Source: Octopus sinensis
Lineage: Eukaryota
DNA: 64,000 nucleotides
Direction: 5' to 3'
Assembly: GCF_006345805.1 (NCBI RefSeq)
Contig: NC_042997.1
Coordinates: forward strand, 192,758,001 to 192,822,000
This document shows positions 50,281 through 62,479 of the stretch, in pieces (the stretch's first letter is position 1; each line of letters begins with the position of its first letter). Below the pieces are notes generated by a model, which did no database searches, was not told the origin of the DNA, and worked only from the letters and a program-made list of their open reading frames with translations. The translations under genes and the position numbers were made by a program.

Positions 50281-51076
50281 CCATAAATCCTTGAGTATAA
50301 TCCGCATTTTTTTTTTCCAAAAATTTAAAGGTCAAAATCCCTAGTGCATACTATAGACGAGGTTAAAAATGAAAAAATATTTTCTAAGTAGTGTCCGAGT
50401 CTCTATTTGCTGTCTGACAATGTTTATTCAGACATATTTTGTGATGTCAGGTGCGAAAATATCTTAAGCTAAGCCTGAAAGCAATGAAGTCATAAAAGAA
50501 TCATCCATAACTTGCAATAAGCAACATTTATTAAACATTATTACTGTTATTTCTTTATTTTCTGCAAACAAAATGCACAAAAAAGCTACACGTTTGCATT
50601 CTATGTACAATAATAATAAAGGACGTTACCGTATACAGTTTTACAAACCAAGGGCGTTATATAGACCTCCTTGACTCAAGTTAGAGAAGGGGTGCTTTCT
50701 ATTTCTATTTCTTATTTTACTATATATATACAAAAGTTAGAGGACTGACCACTAAAAGTGGACAGCCTATATGCTAGGTATAGACGTCAAATCACCATTT
50801 TCCATGAAGAATGTGTTCTCATGAAAAAACTCAGCAAAAAACCAAAGTGTAAAAATAAGTAAGACAAATGAAAATATACAAAATAAAAAACGATTACCTA
50901 TGTACTAATTAGTTTCACTTGTTAATATTTACGTATATGGACACGCAAACATTTGCAAGATCATCAGCATAGTCTGTCATTTACAAAACACAAGGTTTAG
51001 GTTTTTCAGAGGTACAGCCCCCTAAAAATCCCCTGCATATTATACTCAAGGGCGGACTATACTCGAGGATTTGCGG
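50281..51076. mobile_element. pogo/Tigger-like MITE with nested insertion
   Basis: TA|CCATAAATCCTTGAGTATAATCCGC ... GCGGACTATACTCGAGGATTTGCGG|TA. Confidence 0.8.
50702..50993. repeat. ~293-bp young dispersed repeat, copy 1
   Basis: Highly similar to 54705-54998, same orientation and endpoints. Confidence 0.9.
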
Positions 51077-51109
51077 TAGCTTCAGTACTTTACATTCCAG
51101 CTTCAAATC

Positions 51110-51479
51110 ACATTTTGCCTTTGTTCCTCTGGGATTGATAAAATAAAGTACCAGTCTAATACTGGATTTGATAGTATCAACTAATACCCACCTCTGAAAT
51201 TGCTGGCCTTGTGCCAAAATTTGAAAGTTTTATTACTATTATTATTATTATAATTATTATTATAAAGGCGGTGAGCTGGCAGAACCGTTAACACACCATG
51301 CAAAATGCTTAGTGGTATTTCGTCAGTCTTTACGTTATGAGTCCAAATCTTACCAAGGTCGATTTTTGCCTTTCATCCTTTCAGGGTCGATAAATTAAGT
51401 ACCAGTTGCATACTGGGGTTGATCTAATCGACTGGTTCCCTCCCACTAAATTTCAGGTCTTGTGCCTATAGCATAAAGG

Positions 51480-51514
<35 letters not shown>

Positions 51515-51905
51515 GGTGGTAAGCTGGCAGAATCATTAGCACAATAAGCTAAATACTTAGCAGCCCTGACTTGAGAGCTTTTAGTCAAACAATTGATATC
51601 AGTACTTGGGTAGGAGGTGAGTTGGGTACTTATTCTAGCAGTCTCTTTTGCAGAGCCATAAACAAACCAACACTGGGTATCAAGCAGTGGGCAGGGGTGA
51701 CAAACACAGAACAGACACATGTACACACCCGTGCACGCACATAGCAGGCTTCTACACAGTTTTCGTTTACCTAATTCACTCACAAGGCATTGCTTGCTCT
51801 GGGGCTGTCATAAGAGACACCCAAGGTGCCATGCAATGGGACTGAACCTGAAACCACTTAGTTGTAAAGCAAGCTTCTTAACCACACAGACATGCTTGTG
51901 CCTAC
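51110..51905 (+). mobile_element. Head-to-tail SINE D array on (ATT)n, then SINE A variant (51560-51905, minus)
   Basis: D 3' part 51110-51235, full D 51263-51478, D head 51512-51560. Confidence 0.8.
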
Positions 51906-52342
51906 ACAGCAGTATTGTCAACACCTTTGATATCCAATCAGAATTCTCTATTCATTTGTGCCACACAGATCATCCAATAGACTCTACTTAACTCATTCTT
52001 CTTGAATCAAGGTAGATTATCACCTTCATTTCCCCGTGTTTTATTGAAAGCCATAGCATGAGAAAGCGAGGAGTTCATTTACTTTAGGTTTTGTTTTATT
52101 AAAATATTTACTGTCTTGTTTATGCAACATCAATGAATCATTGAATTTGTTTATCAATAATAAAGCAGTAAACTTCACTTTTCGCTGTTTGCAAAAATGT
52201 CATGTAATATCAAATGCGTTTGCATTCAATTTTAAAGCTGGAACATACAAGTCTCATGATCTCACCTTTGAAGTATCAATAACCAAAAAACTAAGACAAT
52301 AATGAACTTTATAAAGATAGCATCGTTGAAATCAAGGCCAAG

Positions 52343-52568
52343 TTTACTCTTTTACTCTTTTACTTGTTTCAGTCATTTGACTGCGGCCATGCTGGAGCAC
52401 CGCCTTTAGTCGAGCAAATCAATACCAGGACTTATTCTTTGTAAGCCTAGTACTTGTTCTATCGGCCTCTTTTGCCAAACCGCTAAGTAACGGGGGACGT
52501 AAACACACCAGCATCGGTTGTCAAGTGATGTTGGGGGGACAAACACAGATGCACAAACATATACACAC

Positions 52569-52609
<41 letters not shown>

Positions 52610-52780
52610 CACATATATATATGACCGGCTTCTTTCAGTTTGTCTACCAAATCCACTCACAAGGCTTTGGTTGGCCCGAGGCTATAGTAGAAAACACTTG
52701 CCCAAGGTGCCACGCAGTGGGACTGAACCCAGAACCATGTGGTTAGTAAGCAAGCTACTTACCACACAGCCACCCCTGCA
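52343..52780 (-). mobile_element. SINE A, full length
   Basis: Complete reverse-complement copy with TTTACTCTTTTACTC tail. Confidence 0.9.
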
Positions 52781-53124
52781 TTTACCTAATCAAGTTTGTC
52801 AATAATAGTGAAATCAATTTGAAGAAAACTGGAATAGAAAATTTACTATTAATTACTTTTTTTATTTTGAATCAATACAATGTGATGGTGAGGCATTTCT
52901 ATCCCTGCACTTAATTTCATTAGATACATGATGTTAACGAAGTAGTGAATTGTCAGTTTATTGCTAATGTGCTCAAAACCACACCAAAGCATTTCTCTGG
53001 ATGGCACACTAAATTCTATTAGGTTGGAAAGTGAGTCCTATCGTATTTCAAAATGGGAAAGAAACAAATTCTTCTTTGATCTTAATTGAAATATTTAATC
53101 AAGATATTTCCACTCATTAAAGCA

Positions 53125-53335
53125 GCAAGCTAGCAGAATTGCTAGCATGCTGGGCAAAATGCTTAGCAGCATTTTGTCGGTCTTTATGTTCTGAGTTCAA
53201 ATTCTGTCAAAATCGACTTTGGCTTTCATCCTTTTGGGACCAGCAAAATAAATACCAGTTAAACACAAGCCAATATAATCAACTTACTCTGCCCCCAAGA
53301 TTGCTGGCCTTGTGCCTAAAATTGAAATCAGTATT
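53125..53335 (+). mobile_element. SINE D
   Basis: GCTAGCAGAATTG head, GAGTTCAAATTC B-box. Confidence 0.75.
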
Positions 53336-53446
53336 TCCACTCACTATTGATAACATAATCACATCTTTTTGACAAATTGTTGATCTCTTGGGTGTAACAT
53401 TTTTCAGCTTTCAAAAGCTAAGAAACACTCAATGTCGTTTTTGACC

Positions 53447-53690
53447 TCTTCATCATCATCATCATCATCATCGTTTAACATCCATTTTCCATGGTGGCAT
53501 GGGTTGGACGGTTTGACTGAGGTCTGGAGAGCCAGCGGCTGCACCAGGCTCCAATCTGATCTGGCAATGTTTCTACAGCTGGATGCCCTTCCTAATGACA
53601 ACCACTCCAAGAGTGTAATGGGTGCTTTTTACATGCCACTGGCACAGGAGCCAGTCAGGCATGTCTAGCATCAATCGTGTTCGGATAGTG
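53447..53690 (-). mobile_element. Family B (RTE 3' UTR)
   Basis: (CAT)n GTTTAACATCC... Confidence 0.85.
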
Positions 53691-53691
53691 C

Positions 53692-53945
53692 AATAATGTT
53701 GCATTAATCTAAAAAAGATGATAATCAGATGGAGTAAAGTTAAGAGAGTGGCAGAGGAGGCAAAACTTCCATATTTGGTGCTATAATCTTTTCCTGGGTC
53801 ACTTGCATTATTATGTAAGAACAACATCCTTTTACAATTAACCAACGATGGACACATTTTCTGCGAATTTCTTTGCAAGTCTTCCAGTTCACAACAATAC
53901 TTCTTTGTATCATCTATTTCGTTTTTGTTTAACACTTCCTGATAG
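53692..53945 (-). mobile_element. mariner transposase catalytic-domain remnant
   Basis: KYCCELEDL...CPSLVNCKRMLFLHNNA, then frameshifted TPSDYHLFRLMQ (cf. LHDNARPH...YSPDLAPSDYHLF). Confidence 0.8.
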
Positions 53946-54326
53946 ACAAACGTCTTTCATATCCCACCAAGCACAAAGCATAATATTTTTTATTATCATT
54001 TGACGCAATATTTTCCATGCTGGCATGAGTTGGACAAGTATATATTCTTGGTAATATATTCTGTTAATTATTAGTGCTTAGACATTCATTAAATTGTAAT
54101 TAGCCTTTACAGAGTAAAGAGGCTTTATTTGTTGGTGTTTTTTTTTTTTTTTTTTGTTATTTTTCATAGAAGAATAGGAAAAGGGTGTTGCAAATGAGAA
54201 GTGACAATTGTTTCATTTGAGTATTGAAAAGAATTTTTTTTTTAAATTTAATGTTTTGTATAAAATTTCATCTCTGTGTTGCTAATAATAATGGTTTTTT
54301 TTTTTTTCATTTTTTTTTAATTACAG

Positions 54327-54343
54327 AGTTGCTCACTGACACC
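54327..54343 (+). other. 5' UTR portion of the WIP ATG-containing exon (implies an upstream non-coding exon)
   Basis: 17 nt between the acceptor AG (54325-26) and the ATG (54344). Confidence 0.8.
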
Positions 54344-54527
54344 ATGTCAGCTCCACCACCACCACCACCTCCACCGCCATGTGCGCCCCCTTCTATGAAG
54401 ATGGGTGCCAAAAAACAAGCCAGTAATACTTCCAAGCCTGTGGATAGAAATGCTTTGCTTGGAGAGATTCATAAAGGTGCTAGACTCCGAAAAGCAGTTA
54501 CCAATGACCGTAGTGCACCATCAGTTG
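54344..54527 (+). CDS. WIPF1: First coding exon of WIP/verprolin (WAS/WASL-interacting protein family): polyproline + WH2 actin-binding domain
   Basis: Long poly-T tract then TTACAG acceptor (54325-26); ACCATG start at 54344; encodes MSAPPPPPPPPPCAPP...DRNALLGEIHKGARLRKAVTNDRSAPSV, matching the WIP WH2 signature RNALLxxIxKGxxLxKxVTNDRSAP; GTGAGT donor at 54528 (phase 1). Symbol is family-level (WIPF1/2/3, fly Vrp1). Confidence 0.92.
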
Positions 54528-54704
54528 GTGAGTTCAAGTAATTTCTTTATGTGTGTATATGTGTATGTATAACTGAAAAAATGAATAGAAATGGTATTTC
54601 TGATAATTTTTGCACTTTATAAACATTTAATCATTAAAGTGGCAAAATTATCAGAAAAGCCATTTCTACTCATTTTTTCAAATATATATTACTGTACCAA
54701 AGAC

Positions 54705-54998
54705 TTTCTCTTTCTTATTTTACTATATATATACAAAATTTAGAGGACTGACCACTAAAAGTGGACAGCCTATATGCTAGGTATAGACGTCAAATCACCA
54801 TTTTCCACGAAGAATGTGTTCTCAAGAAAAAAACTCATCAAAAAAACCAAAGTGTTAAAATAAGTAAGACAAATGAAAATATACGAAATAAAAAACGATT
54901 ACCTATGTACTAATTAGTTTCACTTGTTAATATTTACGTATATGGACACGCAAACATCTGCAAGATCATCAGCATAGTCTGTCGTTTACTAAACACAA
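54705..54998. repeat. ~293-bp young dispersed repeat, copy 2
   Basis: Highly similar to 50702-50993. Confidence 0.9.
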
Positions 54999-56167
54999 TT
55001 TCCAGAACTAGATACAGAACACTCAGCCGAAATCCAGCATGTATAAAGTTCCACAAATTATATAAATTAAACATTTTATAGCAATTCAAAGCCTAGTGAA
55101 TTTAAGATGTTTGACATTTGTTTTGTCTTAAATTGTTACAAACTTGATTGAAAATTTGAATATCTAATTTATACATATTGTCTCTGATGCACTTCTTTAT
55201 TGCCATTAACACCACACATTAAAGACAGTCAAGACAATTATATATTACTGTTACTTCTACACATATTTTCACAGCCAACACAACTGTATGTTCCAGTCAC
55301 GTGAATCAGTCTCCAGTGTTTGTGTGACCAATGACCTGCTAGAAAAAGCAGTCAAAATCCCATCAAGCAAATACTTATTGTCTGAACTTATCTAAAGAAA
55401 AAGGCACTGTTTGCCCTTTTTCTTTAGATAAGTGGCTAGTGTAATTAAGATTGGATGTTCATGTTTGGAAGGCTTTGATCATAGGTTTGCTTCATCAGAA
55501 ACAAACTGTGATTAAACATCCATTTCTGTTCACATTATCACAACCAACAAGTTATTTCTTTATGTGTGTATGTATAATCATACACACATACAATCATACA
55601 TACTCACACTCCCACAAACAACACAACTATCCATTACTCTTTTGTACTCTCATTTTTGCAGTCTACATAACTATATATTTTCATCATATGTTTTTGTATT
55701 ATCCCAGCCAATAATAACTGTATTACATTATCATTACGAATATTTGCATAATACCAGCCAACACAAGTATGTCACTGTCTTGTGTACTTACATCATTCCA
55801 GCCAACACAGCTGTGTATTATTTCAACTGGTACACATATTATCTCCCTCAACAAAATTATATGTTACTCTCGTGTGTATGTACTCAAATAACACAAGCTC
55901 ACACAACTGTGGTATGCAAATTAAGTTGCTCCAACTCTCTGAATGTACCTGATTTGCCATGTATATAAACTGATCGGTTACCTGTTTCTCTGGAATTGGT
56001 CAAGAAATGTAGACACCTGATGAGAATCCAAAAAAGTTTCAAAATCAATTAAGGATATTCATAATTTTTGCAGTCTATGGAGAAATAGTTTAATTTGCCA
56101 TGTTTTTATGTCTATTGTGTAGCTTATATATATTATATCATATCTTGATGCCCTGTGGATTGATATT

Positions 56168-56535
56168 AAACAAGAGCACTCAGAGAGTGCAAACTTCTGC
56201 TGAGGCAACACCAACGTCCTCTCAATGATTAGCTAGAGATGATTTTTAAAATGAGAATATCTGAAATAAACTCAACTGCTCTCACAAACAAGAATACTAA
56301 AAGTGAACCCGACTGCTCTCAGAAATTAAGTTAAAAAACAGAAAAAATAAACCAGAATCCTTGTCTGGTATTGAATCAATCCCAAAACTTAATTGGCCAG
56401 TCATGAGGTCAAACATTCCTGAAAGTTTCATCCGAATCCATCCAGTGGTTCTTGAGATATTTTGGTCCATGGAAAACAAACAAACAAACGCAACTGAAAA
56501 CTATACCTCCGCATTTGTTAAGGTGGAGGTAATAA
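56168..56535 (-). mobile_element. Helentron-associated non-autonomous element (HINE/DINE-1-like)
   Basis: Minus 5' TTATTACCTCCACC..GCGGAGGT palindrome, (GTTT)n, 3' ...GCACTCTCTGAGTGCTCTTGTTT stem-loop; T-rich ends. Confidence 0.7.
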
Positions 56536-58593
56536 AGTGTTAAATACTTACAGTAAGCAAATTAGTAGCTCCAATTCTTGGTAGCAACTGGATTTGTTGA
56601 GTGTAAACAGATTAGTTGCTTACTTCTCTGACATTGGTCAAGTGATGTAGACACCTTCTGGTGAGAACCCAATGAGATCCAAAAACCGATTTAAAGCTGT
56701 TCATCATTTTTCCAATCTACAGAAAAATAGTTAAATTTGCCCTATTTGTATGTCTACTACATAGATTATACTACTACATAGATTATATATATTGCTATCA
56801 TATGTGTACTAGCATATATCAATCAGCTCTAGTTTATATTACCATTCTGTATTCTAACATTGTCCCCAGCCTACACAGCTGTGTATTCTTTCAACTGCAC
56901 ACATGTTATCTTAGTCAACATAACTCTATACTGCAAATCAGGTCTCCTATACCATTATCACATTCTGCAACCACTAATCTCTAATTAAAACTCTATCACC
57001 AACAAAAAAATAACCATTTCTGTATTCACTTGCAGTTTTAAAGCAGGTCATTTGTTAATGTGTTTTGTTGGTCTAAAACTAATTTAACATTCCCTATTCA
57101 TTTAAGAGTGTGTTTACTTATATCTTTGCTGTTAACTAACTTGGCAGTGAAGCTAAAATAAAAACTGCTATAATGCATGTACTTTATCCCTACTTTTGCT
57201 TTTAAATCCTTAGTGATTTGGTTGTTGACTTGTTGACTATTAAACAGGGTCACATTTTTTTTGTCTTAGATATTGTGCTGGCTTCCAGCTAAATATGACA
57301 ATTTAGTTAAAAATTATAAAGTGTTTTTCATTTTTTTTATTACTTAATCTAATGATGAGTACCTATATCTAATTTAATAATCTCTTAGGCAAGTAGTAGG
57401 ATTAACTAACTGGATATGATTAGTACAGTTTAATCTTCATTTTATATTCCTTCAGGTTAATCATTGTAGGGAAACATAGACAGAGTACATGGTAAAATTT
57501 ATGTAGCCTTTCATTTGAGGGGAAAGTAAAGTAGGTGTACCATTGATGGTTCAGTACTGGTGCTATCAAACATGCATCAAATATATGAACTGGCCAAGGT
57601 ATGCAAGCTATGTTTTGGTGTGAGACATTAAGCTATTGAAAGCATGGGAAATAATGATTTAATTATGTATTTTTAAATAATTACTCTCAAACAGCTATTT
57701 GTGTGTATATACATAGATATGTATACGTGCATTTTGTATTTAGAAAATATTTAGTACTATATGATAAGTCACTGACTTATTAAATTTTTCTGCCAATAAT
57801 CAGAATCAAATATGTATGTATGCATTGTTGAGCAGGAACTAATAAAAATGATCACAGAGACTCTGCATTTATTTGGATTCTCTGGTAAAGGGAATGCAAT
57901 AGCCGAATAAGAATAGTATAAAAGATGTTAGGTTTACATTGTTGCTAGTTATTGATTAGATGGAAGCACTGGTAATTAGGTACCGAGTTCCAGAGTGAAA
58001 CAGTTTTGAGGAAGGAAAAATTTGAGCTTGGTTTTAATAAGACGTGTTGGGAAATATAGCTGGAGTGGTATTGTGAGAAATGAGTACAATGAGTGGGCTT
58101 AGGCAAACTGTACAAAATTACACAAAGAAAAGAATGTAGAAGCCGTCGTCATAATACTTTGTTGAGGAGTGACATAGCACCAGAGTTGGGTTTAGAGAAT
58201 ACTAGCATGTATTTACATAGCAAGCAGGCAGCCTTTTGATTTCGAAATTCAGCCTGTTGTGTTTGTGTAAATGGTGAGTGCACTATCACAGGTGAATGAC
58301 CAATATTTGTGCACATTAGTCCCTGTTCAGAGCTATGGCTTGTTTTGGCCCCAATGAAGAAAATGCTGTAGAATATATCTTTCAATACAATTCTAGCTTA
58401 GTGGAATTTCTATAAGAGATTGCCTAATGTTGTTTATATGTAGTGCTTTTTGCTGTTAAATGTTTGTTTACTTTCCAAACTAATCGTTCATATACCCTAC
58501 TATGATTTTATTTTTTTTGCTTTTTTGTTTTTAACTTTGAATTTACATATTTGAATTAATATATATAAATAAATAAATAAATATATATTATAT

Positions 58594-58626
<33 letters not shown>

Positions 58627-58694
58627 GTTTCACTGGCCTTTTAATTGCTGAATGTGTGTGTGCAGTTTGGACTTAACCATATTTTTTTCTATAG

Positions 58695-58808
58695 GAAATA
58701 AAAAGGCTTCACCGGCTTCAAAATACAATACAATAGGTGTACATACACATCGACAACCACAACATCAAGTGAAAGATAACGCATTATGGAGAAGAGGAAG
58801 CCAAGATG
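58695..58808 (+). CDS. Candidate in-frame downstream exon of the WIP gene (phase 1-1, 114 nt)
   Basis: TTTTTTTCTATAG acceptor; open in the phase left by the WH2 exon: (G)NKKASPASKYNTIGVHTHRQPQHQVKDNALWRRGSQD(G); weak donor G|GTAGTT; read-through hits TGA at 58814-58816. No homology recognised. Confidence 0.4.
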
Positions 58809-59071
58809 GTAGTTGACTGATACATTAGTCCTGCATTATGCATGTCTGATTAATTTTTTTGCTTAGTTCCTCATAGTTATACGATACCATTGATTGCTAC
58901 ACTGTGCATGGTTTTGCTCTTCTAACCTGATGCTTTTTGTTTTTTTGTTTTTGACTTTTTAGTTTGTCTCTGAGATGTTGTTCGTAGGGTTCTTCATTAA
59001 GTTATTATTGTTTTATCCTTAAGTTCAAAAATAGTATTAGTAATGATATGAATTATATCAATGGCAAACCC

Positions 59072-59479
59072 ATGGCCTCTACCTGGGATGTAGCCAGCCC
59101 ACTTATGCATACCTTTCCTCCTTGGGACACAAAACTCTGCTTGCGAAGACCTGTTGAGGCAAGTAAAATCGGAATCGAAATCGCTCAAAATTCAATGGAA
59201 ATTGTAATTGTGATACCAGTGCTGGTGGCACGTAAAAGAACCATCCGAACATGGCCGTTGCCAGCGCTGCCCTGACTGGCCTCCATGCTGGTGGCACGTA
59301 AAAAGCACCTACTACACTCACAGAGTGGTTGGTGTTGGGAAGGGCATCCAGCTGTAGAAACACTGCCAGATCAGACTGGGCCTGGTGCAGCCTCCTGGCT
59401 TCCCAGACCCCAGTCGAACCGTCCAACCCATGCTAGCATGAAAGCGGACGTTTAAACGGTGATGATGATGATGATGATG
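59072..59479 (+). mobile_element. RTE 3' UTR (longer family-B copy)
   Basis: AGCCCACTTATGCAT..CCTTTCCTCC..GAAGACCTGTTGAGGCAAG shared with the 16552-17347 copy; (GAT)n tail. Confidence 0.85.
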
Positions 59480-59629
59480 GACTCTCCTAATATATGAGCA
59501 TTCAACTTTTGAATCAAACCAATGATCTAATGAACATGTACCCATCATGCTAACCCTGAGGTCATAAGACTTCACCGTAACAAAAGATTTATTTATAGTG
59601 ATCAAATGTCTGTGCCACACATTAGCTCA

Positions 59630-59821
59630 CTCTTTCCATCAAATCAACGTTTTTTCAAGAGGTGCACTGTATACCACTTGTCATGTGTTGAGATGATTGC
59701 AGAGTAACATGAGATGAAGTGTCTTGCTCAAGAACACAACACACCATCTGGTTTAGGAACTGAAATCATGATCTCTAGTCAATGAGTGCAACACCCTAAC
59801 CACCAGGCAATGTGTTCTCAC

Positions 59822-59854
<33 letters not shown>

Positions 59855-60070
59855 TTCTTTTCTACTCGAGGCACAAGGCCTGAAATTTTTTGGTGGGGGT
59901 GCAGTCGATTAAACCAACCCCAGTACCCAACTGGTACTTAATTTATTGACCCCGAAAGAATGAAAAGCAAAGTCGGCCTTGACGAAATTTGAACCGAGAA
60001 CGTAAAGACACGAAATACTGCTAAGTATTTCGCCCAGTGTACAAATGTTTCTGTTAGCTTGCCCTTCACA
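59630..60070 (-). mobile_element. SINE G fragment (59630-59822) and SINE D (59853-60070) with (TAA)n
   Basis: Reverse-complement matches. Confidence 0.75.
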
Positions 60071-60127
60071 TAATAATAATAATGATTTCAAATTTTGGCA
60101 ACTTGGGGGATAACTAAATTAATTTAG

Positions 60128-60468
60128 ATGCAGGCTTGGCTGAGTGGTGAGAAGTTTGTTTCCAAACCACATGGTTTCAGTTTTTGTCCCACTTGGACAA
60201 GTGTCTTCTGCTATAGCTGGGAGTGGACTTGATTGACAGAAACTGAGAAAAGCCTGTCATGTGTGTGTGTTTCCGCCTCTCCCCCCAGCACTTGACAAGT
60301 GGTTTTGGTTTGTTTATGTCCCTATAACTAGGCAGTTCAGCAAAAGAGACCAATAGAACAGGCACTACACTTAAAACAAATAAGTATTGGGATTGATTTG
60401 TTTGACTAAGTCCTTCAAGGTGGTGCTCCAGCATGGCTGCAGTCCAATGACTGAAACAAGTAAAAGAT
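60128..60468 (+). mobile_element. SINE A variant
   Basis: GGCTTGGCTGAGTGGTGAG head, CAGTCCAATGACTGAAACAAGTAAAAGA tail. Confidence 0.8.
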
Positions 60469-60691
60469 TATATTTTTGTATCCAGTGTTCTCTTGGTTCC
60501 AGTACCCATCAATGATGATGATGATAATAAAAGTAATAATTTAACCATCTACATTCTGAGTTCAAATCCTGCCAAAGGATTTGAATTTAGACTGTAAAGA
60601 GCCAGAACACATACCTCAAAACATTTCTTCCTGGCATTTTCATGATTCTGCCACCACATCACCATGATAATAATTACTGTTAATAATTATG

Positions 60692-60906
60692 CAGTGACCT
60701 GGCAGAATCATTAGTACATCACACAAACTGCTTAGTGACATTTCATCTGACTCTTTATGTTCTGAGCTCAAATTCCTCTGAGGATGATTTTGTCCTTCAT
60801 TATTTCAGAGTTGATAAAAATAATGTACAAGTTAAGCACAGGGATTGATGTGATTGACTAGCTTCCTGTCCCCCATATTTCAGGCCTTGTGCATATAGAC
60901 GAAAGG

Positions 60907-60907
<1 letters not shown>
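60692..60907 (+). mobile_element. SINE D
   Basis: CTGGCAGAATCATTAG head, GGCCTTGTGC tail into (ATT)n. Confidence 0.75.
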
Positions 60908-60939
<32 letters not shown>

Positions 60940-60940
<1 letters not shown>

Positions 60941-61640
60941 GAAAACTCACAGCTTATTTTGCTGGATATGAGGGAAAGTGTCAGCTGTCCACAGCCAGCT
61001 GACTAAAGCGACACTTGTTTACTGGTCATACTTCAAGAATCCTGTTAAGAATTCTTGCAGATCCAAGCAATGCTGATTTTTGTAGGTGTTCTATCTTTAC
61101 ATTTGTACCAATCTTTTGGAGCCATTTGGTAGTTGAGTGCTGATACTTCCAAGTGCACCAATTACTATTGGTATCACGTCTACTCTCCTCATTGATCACA
61201 ACCTTTGTATTTCCCACTTCAAATCATCATAGTTGTTTATTTTTTCTTCTTTCTTTTTGATCCTGTTGTCACTGGGACATGCTCTGTCAATTACAATGCA
61301 TGTTCGTTCTTTTTTATTCACCACAACAATGTCCGGTTTCCGATGTCTGTGCAGGTGATCACACTGAATCATTGCATCTCACAGGATTTTGCAATTCTCA
61401 TTCTCGGTGACTCCTTCTTGAGTTTTCTTATACCACATCTTAGCTCTTTATAGGCTGTGATTTCCACAGATTCCCAATGGATCATTCTTGCCACATTGTC
61501 ATGTCTTCTTTTGTATTCGTGTTTTGCCAATTTGAGGCTTTTGCTAATGATGTGCTGTACCATTTCACCCCTCTCGCCACACATGCATTTGTCACTATCA
61601 GTAGTGTTGTCTATTCTGCACTTCACATAGTTAGTCCTTA
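60940..61640 (-). mobile_element. R4/Dong-type (RLE) non-LTR retrotransposon 3' fragment ending in (TAA)n
   Basis: CRIDNTTDSDKCMCGERGEMVQHIIS..LAKHEYKRRHDNVARMIHW (zinc-knuckle region) and YDDLKWEIQRL..VDVIPIVIGALG..WLQKIG..LQKSALLGSARILNRILEV*. Confidence 0.85.
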
Positions 61641-61659
61641 ATGCTTGTTCTTGAGCTGT

Positions 61660-61874
61660 ACAGGTGAGCTGGCAGAATCACTAGCACACCAGGCAAAATG
61701 CTTTGTGGTATTTCGCCCATTACTATGTTCTGAGTTCAAATTCCGCTGAGGTTGACTTTGTCTTTCATCCCTTTGGGTCAATAGATTAAATAGCAGCAAA
61801 ACACTGGGGTCAATGTAATCAGCTAGTCCCCTCCCCAAAATTTCAAGCCTTGTGCCTTTAGTAGAAAGGATTAT

Positions 61875-61917
<43 letters not shown>
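61660..61917 (+). mobile_element. SINE D with long (ATT)n tail
   Basis: GGTGAGCTGGCAGAATC head, GAGTTCAAATTCCGC B-box. Confidence 0.85.
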
Positions 61918-61918
<1 letters not shown>

Positions 61919-62258
61919 ACATTTGTTTGTTTTTAATGTCTTTTACACCTATATAATTTAGTAATAAATTTTACATGATAAAGAGACATATACACAGGTG
62001 TATGAATAATTGTGTCCACAACAGTAGTATAGCTGTGACAGTGGTGGTGGGTCTGCCTTGGACATCACTTTTATGGATGTGGCACTTTTGAGTCGCTGTA
62101 TGAGGTTGTATAGGCTTGTGTTGGGGTTGGGAGTGGGGTGAAAACTCAAGCACTCTCCCAGGAGGCACCTTCTAGGTTTGCCACTGATCCTACCATCACA
62201 TTTACTATGACCTTAGTTGTTTTTTAGTTGTTTTCCTACATTCTTTGAGTTCTTTACA

Positions 62259-62479
62259 TTAACCCTTTAGCATTCAGATTACTCTGTCAGATGTTATGCC
62301 TATTTATTTCAATTGATCATATGTTATCTCAAAGCTTCAAGATTGCAATGATGTGATTGCTTATTTTTTTTAGAAAGACATTGTAAAGTAGGCACGAGAA
62401 GTCAGATCTGGTCAGTCTGAACATGATACAGCTACAATATTTAGGCCAGATAAGGCCAATTTAAATGCTAACAGGTTAA
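62259..62479. mobile_element. piggyBac-like MITE family E
   Basis: TTAACCCTTTAGCAT...ATGCTAACAGGTTAA. Confidence 0.8.

Noticed and set aside
54224-54343. N-terminal 40 aa of the listed 105-aa ORF
   Set aside because: Mostly intronic polypyrimidine tract plus 5' UTR; the real start is ATG 54344 and the ORF's last residues are past the donor.
56016-56085. CTGATGAGAATCC...GGATATTC hammerhead-like start
   Set aside because: No GAAA or stem III, and the motif is not conserved in the paralogous unit at about 56657.
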